Shown: positions 25,801 to 38,231 of the stretch, in pieces
How the letters are laid out: every line of letters begins with the position of its first letter
How positions within the stretch are numbered: position 1 is the stretch's first letter
Source of the DNA: Lepidodermella squamata
Lineage: Eukaryota; Animalia; Gastrotricha
Direction: 5' to 3'
Assembly (NCBI GenBank): GCA_047495785.1
Contig: JBLDXI010000045.1
Coordinates: forward strand, 124,001-188,000
Length of the DNA stretch: 64,000 nt
Made by a program: the position numbers and the translations under genes
Notes under the pieces: generated by a model
What the model was told of the DNA's origin: nothing
Seen by the model: only the letters and a program-made list of their open reading frames with translations
Databases searched by the model: none

Positions 25801-28800
25801 GTTTGCGGCATCCTCGTCCCGAACGATTATAATGCCGTCGTTAGCGACTTGGTGCCGACCGCCGAATGCGAACGGCTGGCCTTGCAAAATCGAACTTCGG
25901 CACGGCGAAGAGTCGAGAGGCATCGCACTATAAAAAATATTTTTTCAAAATTCTGCGAAAAATTATGAGCTCGTCATCTTACCTGGTCATAGTCGATGTC
26001 GGGGGTCAACAAAATATTTATATTAAAAAAAAATCTATCAAAACAAGAAAAATTTAGAAAAAAATAAGAAATTTATTTTAAAAAGAATTTGCGATTGCAT
26101 TTCGCATATCATCGGCCGAAAGACTCGCTTTGCCAATCGTTTCTGAGACTTCGATTGGGCTCTGAGCAACTTCATCGCGTTTCAGCGGCTCTTCCTCGAA
26201 ATCGCGTTGTTCAACAAGAAAATTGTGCAACACAGCACAGGCGACAAGTGTTTGCGGAACGTAATCCGGCGAATTTTCCAACTTTTTCGCCAAAATTTGC
26301 CAGCGTTTCGAGAGCAGGCCAGCGACTTGATTTACAACGCCAGATGTCAGCGAGGTTACGTGAGTGTTGAGTAATTTTTGCTCGGGTGTCGTCGGATTTT
26401 TAAACGAAGTCAACAGCCAAGTTCGAAGAGGGTAGTCGTGGCTCTCAGCGACTAAAACCGGCCGTAGACTGTCGTCGTTTTTCGTTCTTATCAGCGGCTC
26501 TGCGAGTAAATCACCAGCCTCGGCGCGTTGGAAAAACGCGGTTTTCTCGAATTTTCGACTCGGATCTTCTTCGACAATTAAATCAATAATGCGTAGCTCG
26601 TCGTCGCAAACCAACTGGCAGCTGATTGCTGTCGAAGGCTGATTGCCACCTGAAGATAACTCGACGTGAAACGGGCCGATAATTCCGGCGATATTCGGCA
26701 GTAAGGATACGCGGCGAAAGTGTTCGATTAAACACCGGCAAGCCACGCCGTTTTCCAGCCCAGTCATCCATTGATTTTTAACAGCGACTAACGCCAGAAC
26801 CAACTCACGGGTCGTTCGATGAACCGTCGATTTCGGGACATTGAAATAATTTCCAGTTGTTGTATAGCTCTCGCCAGATGCGAGTTTCCGTAAGCCGATC
26901 GCTATTCGTTTTTCCAACGGAATTGTCGTGCCGAAACGCGTTTCAAGCTTGTGAAGGGAGTCTTTCATAACAGCGCAAAATGCGGTGAAAGCCCGGTGGG
27001 ACATGCCTAATGTCGCTCGCCAGTCTTCATCGCCGTGATTTGACGTTAAAAACTCGTCGAATTGACAAATCGATTTAGCGCGAGTGCCTGCAGGACTTGG
27101 TTGTTCAACATCAGGCTGCTGGGCGATGATTGAGGCAACAGAAGGTAGCAGGTGTGTTTCGTCGAAAATGAACGAACGAAGGGCGGAATTTGTCGACCCC
27201 CTTGCTGTGAAATAAGTTCGAACGACAGCGGCTAGTATTTGCTTCTTTCGCCGTTTCATTACTTGTCGCATGTGCCACTGCTGCTCGGCATTTGCCATTA
27301 TTATTGTGCAATGACCTAGCCAATAAAACTGGTTTTTATTAAGGCGGCATGAATGAAAAATGATCGATTGTATGAGCCTCAAGTTTGGCGGATTAAGAGG
27401 GGCAGCGCGGGAAGCACGTGCCACGTTGTGCCAGCCTGTGGAACACAAACACTCGGTGGATTATTGCTCGAGGCCGCGGCACCACCACGTGCACGAAAAT
27501 AAGACGACGACGTAAATAGCTACTTAATTGGCGGATGATGGTGGTGGTGGCAAAAAATAGGCACCGTTGTTGCGCGGATTCGTTCTCACAAAATGTGTGT
27601 GTTCTTGAGGGGAAAAAACAGATAACTCGCACACGCGCGACGGTGTGTTGTTGTAGTGTGATTTTTGCTGAAATTAACGTGATGGCAATACTAGTGGCAA
27701 AGGGCGTAAATTAAGACGCATCATCGTGAGAGTAGGCGCCGCAAAAATTGACAAGTTGCGCTGTGCGTATAATATTGTTATTATTGCGACCGTGTGCACC
27801 GTGTGCGAGTCGAGTTGTGGGGAAACAGTAAATTTTTTCGCGACTTTTTAATAGAAATCGAGCGGGCAGGAAGTCGCCGTCGCCGCCGCCGTGAAGCCGC
27901 CGTCATCGATGTGAGTGAAGGCTGTGCGTGTAGGGCCACATGGCAATTCTGCTCGAATCGTATTATGCGCGGCGCGGCGGCGGCTGCTTCTGCTGTGTGT
28001 TTGCGCCATTCCCTGCTCGGCAGCCGCCGGCACGGCTATATTTGTTGTGTGAAAGGCAGGCAGGCAGTCAGGCAGGCAGCTCGGTCTCAATTTGTGCCTA
28101 GTAGGGTCGTATGGGGCATGCGACACATACATCTGGCTGGCCACTTTAATGGCGCGCCGTGCACGACGCCTATGCCACGAGTGCTGAGCGCGATGTGACT
28201 GAAAGAAGTGCGATGGCGGGGGAGCCGGCGCCGCCGCATCACGACGGCCCCACAGCTGCATTGAGCCAACGAGCCCGGCACATTGCCGACGAAGCGCTGA
28301 GACTAGAACAACTCTAGCGCTAGCCTCGACCGACCGACAACACACAGAAGCGAGCACACAGAGCCGGCGCATGCTACGCCGCTAATAAAATGCGCCGCAA
28401 ACGCGAAAGGCCGGGCGTAGAAAAATGTGTGTATGATGTGCTGTGTTGTAGCCCACTCGCTCGCTCGCTCGCCGCTCGTCCCGGTCTCTCTCGCTTTTTC
28501 AACGCACGCGCGGCGGCGGTGTGGAGTAAGCAATATTATGCGAGCGGGTATTGATTTGGTGGCGGCGCTGCGGCGGCAACGTCGGTCGGGTCGGCCCGGC
28601 GGCGGCTGGTTGGCAGCAGCCGCCACCGGTCGGTCGGTCGGTCGGTCCGTCTAACAACCAGACCACCACCACCACCACCGCCACTACACGCACTGCTGCG
28701 CATGCAAATATGTTGGACCCGCCGACTGCCCTGCGCTCGCAACTGCGTCGAGCTGCTCGCAACAAAAACAACACCTGCACGCAGGTAATCGCACGTCGCC

Positions 28801-31800
28801 AGAACTCGAGCGCATATGTTCTACCAACCTACCTAGCTACTACCTATGCAAATTGCCGGCACCGTGCTCGGCTCGTTGTGTTCGGTAGCCGCGCCGCCGC
28901 CGCCGCATGATGATGATTCGAACAGTAGGAGGGGGCTGGCCTGATGCCTGCCTGCCTGCCTGCCTGCTGATTGCGTCCACACGTGCGCGCGCCCGCACAC
29001 TCGACGCGGCATTTCGTTTCGTTTCATTTGCCAAATCAGAGCCGCGCAAGCTGCCGCTGCCGCCGGCTGATTAGCAGGCCCGCCGCCGTAGCCGACGATG
29101 AGCGAAAATTGTTATTATTATTATTAGTATTAGCCACGCTGCTCGCGAATAGCCAGCGCCTGCTGCTGGCTACTACGGCGGCGGCGCACTATGCGCACTC
29201 GAACGCAAAATCACAATATCGGAAAATTGACGAAAATTGCATTTCCACAACCGCACGCCGTAGACTTGTGTGTTTATCTAGCGAAAAGCTGAACCTAAAT
29301 TCAAATAATTATTACAAAATCGACGGTGACCCGTGTGTTAATTGAAATGACGTAAAATTGATGAGATGGGTAATAACGCAATTTTTCCCGTACTCGCAGC
29401 TCGTTCACTGTTCGACCAACTTCGGCCGACGATTTGCCGGCGCTGGCGGCGTTGACGGATACATTGGAACTGCGCGAGTCTGTCATGGAACACATCAAAA
29501 TGTACACGCAATTCCGCCGCCACAAGGTTTATTTTTTTCTCCACACTCTTGTTATTGGTGTTATTCAGCCAGTCTATATAGAAGCCTAATGTGTGGACAG
29601 AAAAAAGACAAGTTTAAGCAAACTTGATGAAACTCAGGTCAAGAAAGCAGACAAATATTATTCTGAAAAAAGTGAAAAATTGTCTGATCAGTTCATTAAT
29701 AATTCCATCGTCATGCAGAAAATGACCGTTAACAAGTGATAAGTGAGGTTTTGACATCTTGAGATTTTGAGGATAAATGAACGAGGAGTCGAACGATATC
29801 AAGAATAGGTTGGTAGCCGTCAGGGTTGCTGAGAAAATGGGCTTCAAAGTTTTCCGGTGAAAATTGCTTATTTTGAAAAAATGCGCCCTAAAAAAATTGA
29901 GTTTTTATTGCATCAATTAATGAGCGCAATAATTTATTTTCTTGCGCGCACTCGTAATATTTTGGGGTAATATGAGGTGAGGAATCATGCTAGACATTCA
30001 AAAATATTGATGGAATCAAGCTAGTGCTTTAAATTGATAAGCCTTGTCGGTGACACTTTGGGGTCCCCGACTTTTGAGGTGAATGGAAGCCTCCTAGAGA
30101 ATTTCGAAAATTTAAAAATCCTAAAAAAAACTGAGTAAGAAAATCTAGGAATTCAAGAATCGACCCTCTTCAAGTCAATACACTTTTCACTTGTTAAAGG
30201 TCATATTATTTTCCGCAAAGTGAGTCATCCTGGGTCAATTTTTTCTCAAAAATGGCAGCCAGTGCGGGTTTTTTTTTAATTTTTTTTGTCGGAAAGAAAC
30301 AAACGCCAAGAATTTATTTTCCGTATCCAGACTGCTCTTAATTCGAACTCAAATTGATCGCAACCAGGAATTAATTTAAATGGGTCAAAAATGACGAAAT
30401 CAGGCTTTTTTTTACGCATGATTCATACAGACTATTTTTTTATTTCAGGAGAGCGCTAATAACGCCGTTCAAGCTTTTGTGGCGATTTGCGCCGAACAAA
30501 TCGTCGGCGTGGCAGTGATTGAACAGGAGAAAAACATTGAGTATTTACGATCGCACTACAACATCGAAGACTTTGTGTTCTACAACCACCACCGCTACGA
30601 AGAACACGGCCACATATGGCACCTGGCGATGAACCCAGCCTTCGCGTGCCTCACCCGTGTTTTCCTCAAAGAAATCATGCGAATGGGCCACAAAACGTGC
30701 CTGTACTACCCGATATACCCGGACAACTGCATCCAACGCCCGCCCGCCCACAGCGTTGTTTGCTGCTTGTCGGAAATGGTGCCAGTCGCGCCGCGTCGCC
30801 AGCCTGTTTACGACCTGTTCAAACTCGGAATAAACGCACCGGCTCAGGCTGTCTTACAGAGCCAAGTGCCGTTCGCGTTGTACCATACTAATATTAAAAT
30901 GTGTCTGGAAACTAAACACGGGGTGAACGCGAGAATTGTTGTAGTAGGCGCGTCTGAAACGGGCCTCGCGGCTCTGGAGCGACTAATCATGAGCCCGCAC
31001 TTATTGTTTCATAACATCACCCTGCTATCAACGCACGGTTTACCCGTCGCGCCGATTTTGATGGCTAATAACGGCATTAATGACGAGGCTGAGCAGCGGC
31101 CGTCCGGCGAGTTGTCGCTGGTCGAGCGATTCGCGGCGAAAACAGCGATCGCCGACTCCCTCTCGCACCACCGCTCGCTTTATTTGCGTTGCGCGATTAA
31201 TAGCGTAGCCGGGCGAATGACGGCTATCAACCGCACGCGGAAACACCTGATGGTGAACGGCGATCGGCAACTGCCCTACGATTACCTAGTGCTGACAACC
31301 GGGCAGCAGTACACCATACCGGATATGTTGACAACGGCGGTTCGCGGCAGCTCGCAAATGTCGATGACGTCATCGATAATTCGCGCGCGCACCATGCCCG
31401 AGACGAGCTCGTTGTCGCAATCCGCCGCCTTCAACCCGAATTCAATTATCGACAACGTGTTCGCGGTTAATGACATGTACGAGGCTGATTATTTAACCGA
31501 ATGGGTGCCGAAAATGTTAGCCGCGGTTAGTGAGAACGGCTACACCCCGAAACGCGTGGTCATCTACGGCCGAACTATCGATGCTTATACAGCGTTAGAT
31601 TCGATTATCGAGTTCGGATTCTCGCCTCAGGATGTTGTTTTCGTACTACCCCCACTTGCCGAGGAGGAGCCGACCTGCTTCAATAACCCTGATGTTGAAA
31701 ACGCGATTCACTCCCGCATCGACCAGGCCGGTGTTACGGTTCTGGTTGACTACACCCTGAAAGATTTCACGCTGCGAGACCGGCCTGGAGTTGATAACAC

Positions 31801-33808
31801 CACAGAACGGGTTATAATAGCATCCACCTTAAATTTCCAGGCAGTTGAGAGTGATGAAATAGCGGGCGTTGACGATGTTCTATGCATGTTGGCGTATGAT
31901 CATAAATCAATTGCGAGTGATACGTTCCGCGCGTTGAATAACGCGTGTTTAGTCATGGATAACCGGCTGGTTGTTGACCCGGAGTTTCACACGAATGACC
32001 CGGCGATTAGAGCGGCGGGTGCGTTGACGAAATACAGCCGCAAGTTGTACGCCGATCGCGCTACGCATGATTTGTTCAACCCGCGCGAGGTTGGCTATGA
32101 ATTGGCGCATCGCCTGCTGACGCATTTCGACCCGATTCGTGGCCCGGCGCCGAACCGGCCGTCACCACCGGCGCCATTGGTGCCGCTGTTCGAATGGCCA
32201 CGGATCATCTACGCCGAGAGCTTGCCGTTTGGTTTCCGCTATCTACAGGTAATTGATAAATGGGTCTGAATATTTGCACCTCTAAATTAAGGTTCCAGCA
32301 CTACAACGTGTCCCATAAGTAACGCAAGCAAAGAAAATTACACGGAAAAGGGTTCAGGCACTCTACAATGTGAGTGACACATCTCAAGGCCAGAAAAATT
32401 GAAAAAAACACGAGAATAGTAATCAAGTATGTCACGTGTTAATGGGATTTAAACAGTCCGAATAAATTCGGTCCAACCGGGTAAAATACCGAAAATTACC
32501 GAACCTGTTACCATCGTTATTTTTCGGGTTTTCTCCGGTACATTTTTTGTTTCTTCGGTTAAATCTCGGAATAAAGAGGGAATATTCCCTCGGCAGGTTT
32601 AATTTAAAAAAATTGGTTGAATTTCCTGGAAAACGTTGCCAAATTGAAGAATATTTTCGCAACTTCTGGGACACGCTGTTATTGGTTTCGATTTTTGGCG
32701 ATTTCGATTTTTATTCCCTTTAACCATAGGTTTTTTTTTGTTTTAGCTATCTGGTACCCTCGGGTATGACAAAAGAATTTTGATATCACCTTCAAAGGCT
32801 GATGAAATCGAAAAAATCACTGATTATTAAAATCGATAATCGATAATCGATAGTCGATATCGGCTGTGCAAGCTGGAATATGACTCGTAAAATGACCGCC
32901 GATAGCGCAAAATACGCGTAATAAGGAGATCTATCGGTTGGCTTGATCGTGAACAAATTGAAAATAGTGCATCTTGGTTTTGGGGCCTAAGAAGCAGTGC
33001 TGGAACCCAAATTTACGGTGTGTATTTCACAGAAACAATGGAGATTTTAGGATTTAATTTTCAAATTTTTCACTCAAATTATTGACTGCACTGTGATGAT
33101 TTTTTTTAAATTAATTTTTCAAATTTAATTTCCATTTCAAAATTTTAAAATAGAAATTGTCGAAGTTCCTGTCGCTTTTGTTTTTTTGACGAATTAGTAA
33201 CATGATTAGTCATATTGCTTTGATTATTTTTTCAGGTCGAAAGAGCTGGGCCAAGATTGCGACTCGATGACCAGTTGCGAGCTTACGATTACGGCGACGA
33301 AATGTCAACCGGGTCGACGGACAATTCCAACTTTTTCCGACTCCACCTTAACATCAACGAAACCGTCGAAACAATAACGTGTCTAACGGAGAAAACGCGC
33401 GATGTATCTCAGTATTTATGCCTATTCGGCGTTCACGAGCGCTACTTGAATTCGTTGAAGAGCCGCTGGGAAGAAAAATTGGTCACCGACTTTTTCGACT
33501 ACTTCTCCGAACCTTGGGCCGTTGCGTTGTTCCACGATCGTTTCCGCGATTTGCGCGACGAAATTCGCCAGATTTTCGCCTCAGAGTCGAAACCAACGGC
33601 TAAGGGCAACCAGAGTTTTGAGGCGAAATTGCGCGAGTACATCGGCTCTGATATTCAAATGACGCGATTTTTGCGCAAATTCATCTCCGATAATTACCGC
33701 AATCCGGAAGACACGGAACTGCGCAAATCGATCGAAGTTCGGCTGTTGAATTACCTTGAATTCAATAGCTACCACTTACCAATGTACGCAAGATCTGGAA
33801 TGATTTAA
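22811..33808 (+). CDS. CFAP61: Cilia- and flagella-associated protein 61 (multi-exon, large intron 24178-29399)
   Basis: INTVFLHLFV, VRLAKAEDNDDL, YGDFYLAELIEAQD, NAICIQLFAIDEAYETRS, YLRSHYNIEDF, VNARIVVVGASETG, LPYDYLVLTTGQQY, end YHLPMYARSGMI. An exon missed by the ORF track at 29400-29526 (SFTVRPTSADDLPAL...FRRHK) bridges 24177 to 30449 in phase. Last exon 33236-33808. Confidence 0.95.
24556..25990 (-). CDS. Myb/SANT-like (trihelix-type) DNA-binding protein with C-terminal coiled coil, nested antisense in CFAP61 intron
   Basis: WNDNETRTLIELF...LWETIGEGLRARGFQRTDSQAREKWRDVYTFYKR has the three-Trp Myb/SANT-like pattern, followed by a low-complexity linker and ELLEKIVKMQEQQLRMQNQLLQLE. Probable micro first exon ATGACCAG (25990-25983) and 55-nt intron 25982-25928. 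Confidence 0.85.
26078..27298 (-). CDS. PIF/Harbinger transposase-derived (HARBI1/ALP1-like) protein with degenerate DDE triad
   Basis: WRATLGMSHRAF, IPLEKRIAIGLRKLASGESY...FNVPKSTV (HTH), CQLVCDDELRIID, YPLRTWLLTSF, GLLSKRWQIL and ACAVLHNF are DDE_Tnp_4-family hallmarks. Uninterrupted ORF with ATG at 27298. Confidence 0.9.
   Translation of the reverse strand: MANAEQQWHMRQVMKRRKKQILAAVVRTYFTARGSTNSALRSFIFDETHLLPSVASIIAQQPDVEQPSPAGTRAKSICQFDEFLTSNHGDEDWRATLGMSHRAFTAFCAVMKDSLHKLETRFGTTIPLEKRIAIGLRKLASGESYTTTGNYFNVPKSTVHRTTRELVLALVAVKNQWMTGLENGVACRCLIEHFRRVSLLPNIAGIIGPFHVELSSGGNQPSTAISCQLVCDDELRIIDLIVEEDPSRKFEKTAFFQRAEAGDLLAEPLIRTKNDDSLRPVLVAESHDYPLRTWLLTSFKNPTTPEQKLLNTHVTSLTSGVVNQVAGLLSKRWQILAKKLENSPDYVPQTLVACAVLHNFLVEQRDFEEEPLKRDEVAQSPIEVSETIGKASLSADDMRNAIANSF
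27400..29260. promoter_or_regulatory. GC/CpG-rich, microsatellite-rich region upstream of the Harbinger-derived gene pair
   Basis: (GCC)n, (GGTC)n, (CCTG)n, (ACC)n and (TCGC)n runs and CACGTG boxes near 27415, 27485 and 28980; composition contrasts with the AT-rich introns. Regulatory role is inference. Confidence 0.4.
32275..33024. mobile_element. Probable degenerate MITE in the last CFAP61 intron
   Basis: cacctctaaattaaggttccagcact at about 32277 is an imperfect inverted repeat of agtgctggaacccaaatttacggtg at about 32996-33020. Confidence 0.5.
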
Positions 33809-34500
33809 ATTCTTCTCAAATGACCCATTTAATTAATTCTCGAATTGATAAAAAAAGTGCCATTTCTATAATTATGAAATTATATAATTTAATCCTCCTT
33901 AAATCGAATAAAAAATGATGAAATTTGCTACGATTCCTGTTGTTTTTTCGTGAATTTCCGGGTACAGCTTGCCTTATCGTTGTTTACGCTCTTATTACGC
34001 GTTGTTTTGATATTACGCCAAATTAATTGCGCTACTTCAATGAATCACGAGGTTACAGATATTCGACCTATTTTTAGATAAGGATCCTGTTGTCTGCAGA
34101 TCCGAGTCAACCACCCTATGACGTTATAATTGATAAGCACAGCAGAAGTGGCGATACACAAAATAGGCTTATTATCACGGTCCTACCTTTTATATTATTA
34201 TCATAGAGCGAATTATTCATCGAGCTGGGCGTTTCACATGGCATTGACCGTCGACAGAATAACGAACATCAGTTTCATCAAATCCAACTTGAAAATAGAT
34301 AGGAAATCGCTAGTAAAAGTCTCCACCTTGAAAATGTTTCAACACGAGACCACAACTCAAAGAAAATTGCGCCAGATGTTTCCTAATCTCTACGTTGCTG
34401 CTGTGGCGTAATCTTGAGGCTTTTCATTTCATTTCCGTTACGCCAACTAGTTGAGACAACTTGAATTTTTTCTCGAAGGGAAACTCATTTTAATTACGAA

Positions 34501-35278
34501 ATGGCCGCTGCCCCGCCTAAATACGAGGACATCAGCCACCAGGTGCCCTTCAACCCGACCTATGCCAGCCCTGGTGGGGTGTATCCAAACGTAGGACATC
34601 AGCAGACTTTCTACGGGGCGACTCCGCAACACCCGCAGCAAGTCATTGTTGTTGGAGCCCCGGTTGTTGCCGAAGCTCGGCACCACCAGACTCACGCTGT
34701 TATTTGCCACGAGGAACAAGCAGCTCCGAAATACATTTGCATGCGCGGATTTCAAGCGGTAAATTTCTAACATGAAAATCCGATATTAAATTATTGAAAA
34801 ATTCCTATTTAGATGTTGGCAATCGTTTGCATGGGGCTTCAAATAACGCTATTAGCCTACGATGATCATGAGTGGTATTACTGGGTATGGTTGTTAGTCG
34901 TACCAGTTAGTGCCTTATTTCAAATGATGAGGAGCGGTTGCTCCGGGCGTTGGGGTACTGCTGGGCAGGTAAGTAGAATTACGTCATTAAATGTCTCATT
35001 ATGTTATTCCCTTTAATTTTATCAAGGACGTGACTTATGGCTTCTTATGGCTGCTTCAAGTTGGAGCGATTGCCGGCGTTTACTACGGCTACTACAACTA
35101 CCATTCATATTACTACCACAATGGGGAAATTGTCATCGATTTTAATCTAGTAATTTTTTTTCCACCCGACGTAGTCACCTCATCGGTATTTTTTGACAAA
35201 TTTTAGGCAGCCTGCGGATTTCTTTCGTTTACTCACTGGGCAATGTCTTGCTGCTGCCGGCCTGAACGTCACCATTGA
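34501..35278 (+). CDS. Small four-TM membrane protein with N-terminal PPxY motif and C-terminal Cys cluster
   Basis: Four exons (34501-34758, 34813-34968, 35027-35149, 35207-35278) splice in frame. MAAAPPKYE..., four hydrophobic segments, ends WAMSCCCRPERHH. Confidence 0.7.
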
Positions 35279-36492
35279 ACACTTTCCTGACGTCTCCTAG
35301 AAATAACGAATCATTTTGATAGAATAAATAAAGATGATTTTTTGTTTATTGGTAGAGGAATTTTCGTCAATTCGCTTTCCTGAGGATAAAGTGTTTTTTG
35401 CCGTTGTCATGTCTATGTAAGATGCAAGTCGACAGGTCTTGATGACGCATCTGGAGGACGGGCTAACCTCCGTCAGTCTTGCAATACAAATTGGCATTAC
35501 CAATTGGCAATTACAAGACACCAGTAAAATTGTTAATTTTCGCGGTCGGCCCATTTTTACGGGAATTAATTTTCGCGATTTGTTGAAAATGAAGGCGCTA
35601 TTCACTTCCACATGGTTCTGCTCCCAGCAAACACCTTTCATTTTTTTTACTCCCATTTTAAATTTTTCCAAGTTAAATATGAAGTTAGGCAGCCTAAACG
35701 ATTCAATTTTTCAAACAGTTTGGTCAGAGGGGCACCTGATAAAACAAATAGTTATTCGCAAAAACAGTTATTCATTATTTGGTTGTTTTTAACATAAAAG
35801 GATAAAGAAATGGTCTCTGATTTATTGCCTCGTTTTCAACAAAATCTGTTGATAATAAAGAAACGCACCTGCCGATCACTCAAACTCCAAAAATCATCAA
35901 TCTTCGAAATTCGATACCGCGATCGATACTTCGATTTTTGAATATACCATCGGCTATTTTTCACCCAAGTTGAAGAATAAATTCAGATTCGATGCTAACT
36001 CCAATTTGAGGTCAACTTGGGATCCAGCGAATTGTATGCCATGAAAATTACCGTATTCTCAATCGATGGACCAAAACTCGGTCGAAAACCGACAAAATCT
36101 ATCGATATCATTGGTATAGAAAGTGGGTTGTAGCGCAAGTGGCAGTGATGGCAGTGAGAGTGTAGAGCAGTGTTTATACCTTGAACCAGTGCTCCGCAAA
36201 CTTTTCTCACTGCGGGAATATTTGGCGGCCGCAAATAACTACAATCCGACTCTTTTCAGGCCGCACTAAAATTGGTAATGCTCTTTCATCGGCCGCAAAT
36301 ATTCTATCTATAGTTTCAAGCAAATTTCTCCCTGAGAAACTTTCTTCCGCGAGAGTTCTATTGCAAGTTTTCGGAATTCTTTTCAGTCATCACAGCATCG
36401 AATTTCCGCTCAATCGTCTTTACAAAGTCAGTTGACGAGGCTTTCCCGCGCACAATCCCGCTAACGTAGATTGTTAAGCCGGGTAACAAGCT

Positions 36493-38147
36493 ATGAATAT
36501 TTTACCGATTTTCCCCCGAATTTTCAAGGATATTGGAGGTGTAGAATTGTCGGCTTTTTTTCACATTGGCTCAGATTTTCCATTTGCGGCTGTATCAATG
36601 CCGCGGCTACTCAACTTACCTATCTGTTATTTCAAACTCTACCATTTACGTCGCTGGTCAAATTTGATCATCGGTTTCGCCACTGTGATTGCTACGCTGG
36701 GCTTCTACAACACGTCGATCCAAGCAGCGGAAATGTTTGTAGTTTATTTCATCTGCATGAGGATTAGCAAATTTCCGATCGTTTTCGGATGGCTGGTCGG
36801 CATTGGCCATATTATTGTTTCTCATCAGTTTTCAAATATTTTCAAAGCTGATGGCAACTATTGGTACTCAGGCAATGCACATGCTAACATCTTCGCCGTG
36901 TGGTTTTGCATGTGGAGCGTCATGAGATTGTTCGTTATTGAAAAATTTCCCCGAATAGAGAATTTTGTATTAGATTTAGTATTATTTTTTGGAATAGGTT
37001 TTTGAAATTTCCTTTGAATTTGGAGCTGTTATAAATAATTTTAAATTTTGAAAAGGTTCTTAAAAAGGTTCCCTGATTAAATTAAAGCATTCTATTCGAT
37101 TTTAAGCAATTTTGACTTGTTCCTATTCGATCGATAATTATGCCCTCGTAACGATTTCTTCGATTTTAGTTAGTTTCAGAAGCGAATGGCAATGGCATCT
37201 AAATACCAAAGCTAAACGGAAGAATTGCGACGAATCCCAGAGGTCAAATGAGCCTGGTCAAGATTCGGAAAATTTGATTAAAAGAAATCGATTGCTTGAC
37301 GGTGAGCCATTCTGGAACGGAGATTAATTCTGGAGAAATTTTCAAGGAAATTCGGGATAAAAATGACGATTCTACGAATTCAGATGGACCAAAGCCAACT
37401 TTTGGCCTGTTGGATTTGTTCGCAAATTCCCGGTACACACCCACCATTGTCGCTTCAATCATCACTTGCCGTCATTACCACGACCATGTTGTATTACCTT
37501 TCACCTCAAGCAAGCCAGAATCGAGGCAATTTCACATTGTGCCTTTTATTCGTAAAGTGGCACTCGTTGTTTTCTGGCTCTTTTTCGCCATGATTTGGGA
37601 CGAGCCGTTCAGGCACTACACAGTGGAGCATTTTCATGATGTTTTGGACAACCTTGATTCGTATGGAATCGGAATTATCAGTTAGTGATTTAATTAATTC
37701 AATTATTCAGAAGATTATCTTTTAGCGTGGCATAGTACTAACCGGACAATGGCCCTTTCAGATAGTTGTCGACGGACTGTTGCGTCAAGCTTGCAACAAC
37801 CCTAAGTCGTTCATTTACGCGAAAATTCGGCAAAATTTGTCGCCGCAAGGTTGGAGGCGGTTAGAAGCGTTGGGTGGTGCTATTTCTTTCACCTTCTCGT
37901 GCTTTGCCTTCGCGTTTTTCCCCCATGGGCTGGGGTCCGGCTGTTATAGTTGTTACACGAGCTTTCCTACCATGCAAGTCCCTCGAAATTCGTTGTTTCT
38001 TCCTTAAATTTTGTTCAAGTTTTCAGCGCCAATCAATTGTTGGATTTACGTCCTTGGATCCTACGCCTGGGTACAAACAGTGTTTTGCTACGAAAATTGG
38101 GTCGTCGGAGCCAAATTCTAGCCACAATATTTAACAATGAAATGTAA
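36493..38147 (+). pseudogene. Possible highly diverged or disrupted MFS/SLC22-like membrane protein
   Basis: Hydrophobic ORF pieces; PTFGLLDLFAN and, in a different frame, VITTTMLYYLS resemble the SLC22 LDLF and YYGLS segments. No clean spliced model was found. Confidence 0.25.
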
Positions 38148-38231
38148 AAAGTCACTCAATGGTTTATTATCTCGCATTTTAAAATATTCGTTTTACTACT
38201 GAGCAGAAACAATCGATTTTTGACTAGGGAT

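Noticed and set aside
27794-29345. Many overlapping Ala/Arg-rich ORFs on both strands
   Set aside because: They are by-products of GC-rich microsatellite sequence, with no domain motifs and no consistent splice pattern.
24178-29399. Active autonomous Harbinger transposon
   Set aside because: The catalytic residues are substituted and no TIR or TAA/TTA duplication was found by eye; treated as domesticated instead.
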